Part shown: piece after piece, positions 62,028 to 64,000 of the stretch
How positions within the stretch are numbered: position 1 is the stretch's first letter
Layout: each line of letters opens with the position of its first letter
NCBI GenBank assembly: GCA_036785375.1
Contig: JAWMAR010000048.1
Coordinates: forward strand, 10,044,001 to 10,108,000
Origin: Leucoraja ocellata
Lineage: Eukaryota
Direction: 5' to 3'
Length of the DNA: 64,000 nt
Translations under genes and position numbers: made by a program
Notes under the pieces: model-generated
What the model was told of the DNA's origin: nothing
The model's database searches: none
The model's input: only the letters and a program-made list of their open reading frames with translations

Positions 62028-62515
62028 ACACAGAGTGCTGGAGTAACTCAGCGGGTCAGGCAGCATCTGTGGAGAACATGGATAGGTGACGTTTCACAGA
62101 GTGCTGGAGTAACTCAGCGGGTGCAGCAGCATCTATGGAGCTAAGGAAATAGGCAACGTTTCGGGCCGAAACCCAGAAGGGTTTCGGCCTGAAACGTTGC
62201 CTATTTCCATAAGGATTTCGGCCCCGAAACATTGCCTATTTCCTTCGCTCCATAGATGCTGCTGCACCATAACTCAGCGGGTCAGGCAGCATCTGTGGAG
62301 AACATGGATAGGTGACGTTTCACAGAGTGCTGGAGTAACACAGCGGGTCAGGCAGCATCTGTGGAGGACATGGATAGGTGACGTTTCACAGAGTGCTGGA
62401 GTAACACAGCGGGTCAGGCAGCAGCTGTGGAGAACATGGATAGGTGACGTTTCACAGAGTGCTGGAGTAACACAGCGGGTCAGGCAGCATCTGTGGAGAA
62501 CATGGATAGGTGACT
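62028..62515 (-). repeat. 66-bp satellite units on the reverse strand, interrupted by a palindromic Penelope end
   Basis: Reverse complement of the same unit. Other arrays at 1-120, about 46010-46135, 54115-54245 and 57180-57310. Confidence 0.9.
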
Positions 62516-63281
62516 CTGGTGAGTGTGAAGAAGGGTCCCAACCCAAAACATCACCTGTTCCTTTTCCCAGCAGAACCTCGAGACAATCAAATATTTGATC
62601 AGGAAATTGGGCTGACATGCCCGTGTCATTGCTGCTTTACGCTGAGCTCCGCTACAGTTTGTTAGGCCATCCCTTTTATTTGTGATGTCTGTTTTACATG
62701 AGTTCCAACTTTAAGTTTATTTACACAGAGGGTGGTGGGTGCCTGGAATGCAGTCAGTGGTGGTGGTGGAGGTAGACAGGAAGGTGGTGTTTAAGAGGCT
62801 TTTGGATAGACACATGGATATGCAGGGATATGGACAGACAATAGGTGCAGGAGTAGGCCATTCGGCCCTTCGAACCAGCGCCACCATTCAATGTGATCAT
62901 GGCTGATCATCCACAATCAGTACCCTGTTCCTGCCTTCTCCCCATATACCCTGACTCCACTATCTTTAAGAGCCCTATCTAGCTCTCTCTTGGAAGTATC
63001 CAGAGAACCGGCCTCCACCGGTCTCTGAGGCAGAGAATTCCACATCATGGAATCGCATTCAGGCAGAGGGGATTACTTTAACTTACCATTGTGTTCAGCA
63101 CGGACATTGTGGGCCGAATGGCCTGTTCCCTTGCTGTACTGTTCTATGTTCTCAGTGAAAATGACTGACGTAGGGATAGAGTACGCGTTCTTCACCAGCT
63201 TCATTGCAAAACAGCCAGGACTCAGTATTTCTTCCACATTGGCATTTGTAGAAGGGAGAATATTGACCAGATTGTTGAGAC

Positions 63282-63490
63282 CAGGGGTTCTCAACCATTT
63301 ACGTCCCGTTTACCCCAGGCAACTTTAATAGCACATCACAATGTTATTTCACTTATTTATGAACAACTAATGATGAACAGATATACCAGAACCAAACACA
63401 GGCAGTCAATTAGAACAAATATGTACAAATCCAGAATCAACACATTTACCCCCTGGGTAGGCGAGATTTGCCCTAGGTTGGGAACACTTG
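63282..63490. mobile_element. hAT (Charlie-like) non-autonomous element
   Basis: TIRs CAGGGGTTCTCAACC / GGTTGGGAACACTTG; imperfect 8-bp TSD GTTGAGAC / GTTTAGAT. Confidence 0.72.
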
Positions 63491-63639
63491 GTTTAGATAA
63501 GCCTCTTGGTGCTTAAGAGGAGACTTTCTTTTCCACTCAATTTGAAAATATTTGATTTCTAAACTTACTGTTCAAAAACTGAAGTTGGAACAAAGTTAGG
63601 GAGCGGGTATTTTTGTAAAATAAGAGAACATCCATTACT

Positions 63640-64000
63640 TATAGCAAAAGGATTTGAGTATAGGAGCAGGGAGGTTCTACTGCAGTTGTACAGGGTATTG
63701 GTGAGACCACACCTGGAGTATTGTGTACAGTTTTGGTTTCCAAATCTGAGGAAAGACATTCTTGCCTTAGAGGGAGTACAGAGAAGGTTCACCAGACTGA
63801 TTCCTGGGATGTCAGGACTTTCATATGAAGAAAGACTGGATAGACTCGGCTTGTACTCGCTAGAATTTAGAAGATTGAGGGGGGATCTTATAGAAACTTA
63901 CAAAATTCTTAGGGGGTTGGACAGGCTAGATGCAGGAAGATTGCTCCCGATGTTGGGGAAGTCCAGGACAAGGGGTCACAGTTTAAGGATAAAGGGGAAA
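63640..64000 (+). mobile_element. CR1 LINE RT C-terminal region running off the window
   Basis: LLQLYRVLVRPHLEYCVQFWFPNLRKDILALEGVQRRFTRLIPG...RGDLIETYKIL. Confidence 0.92.

Overview
This is vertebrate genomic DNA, not prokaryotic. The tRNA-derived V-type SINEs, CR1 LINE tails and Penelope-like fragments suggest a cartilaginous fish (skate/ray-like; inference). There are three assembly gaps. Gene content: the first coding exon of TMEM114 on the minus strand (3038-3221); a complete 10-coding-exon METTL22 gene on the plus strand (14181-32106, 1152 nt CDS = 383 aa, all introns GT-AG and in phase); and a CpG island with a strong splice donor at 52458 that is probably the non-coding first exon of ABAT, inferred only from the TMEM114-METTL22-ABAT order in human. 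The rest is dense, often nested transposon debris (CR1, Penelope, Rex1/Babar, L1, Tx1, Vingi/Ingi, RTE, SINEs, MITEs). The most notable signals are RNA-structural: (i) a very compact, well-paired HDV-like ribozyme fold at the 5' end of a short non-autonomous retroelement (47976-48027, with a second degenerate copy at 24961-25088) whose tail matches a Vingi-like LINE fragment in the window; (ii) many minimal hammerhead-ribozyme cores in Penelope-derived ends, plus a 66-bp satellite made from half of that motif; (iii) a long fold-back MITE just downstream of the METTL22 stop, an overlapping uORF at its start, and a GC-box/splice-donor VNTR at its 5' end. No search or folding computation was run, and repeat boundaries are approximate unless a TSD is given.
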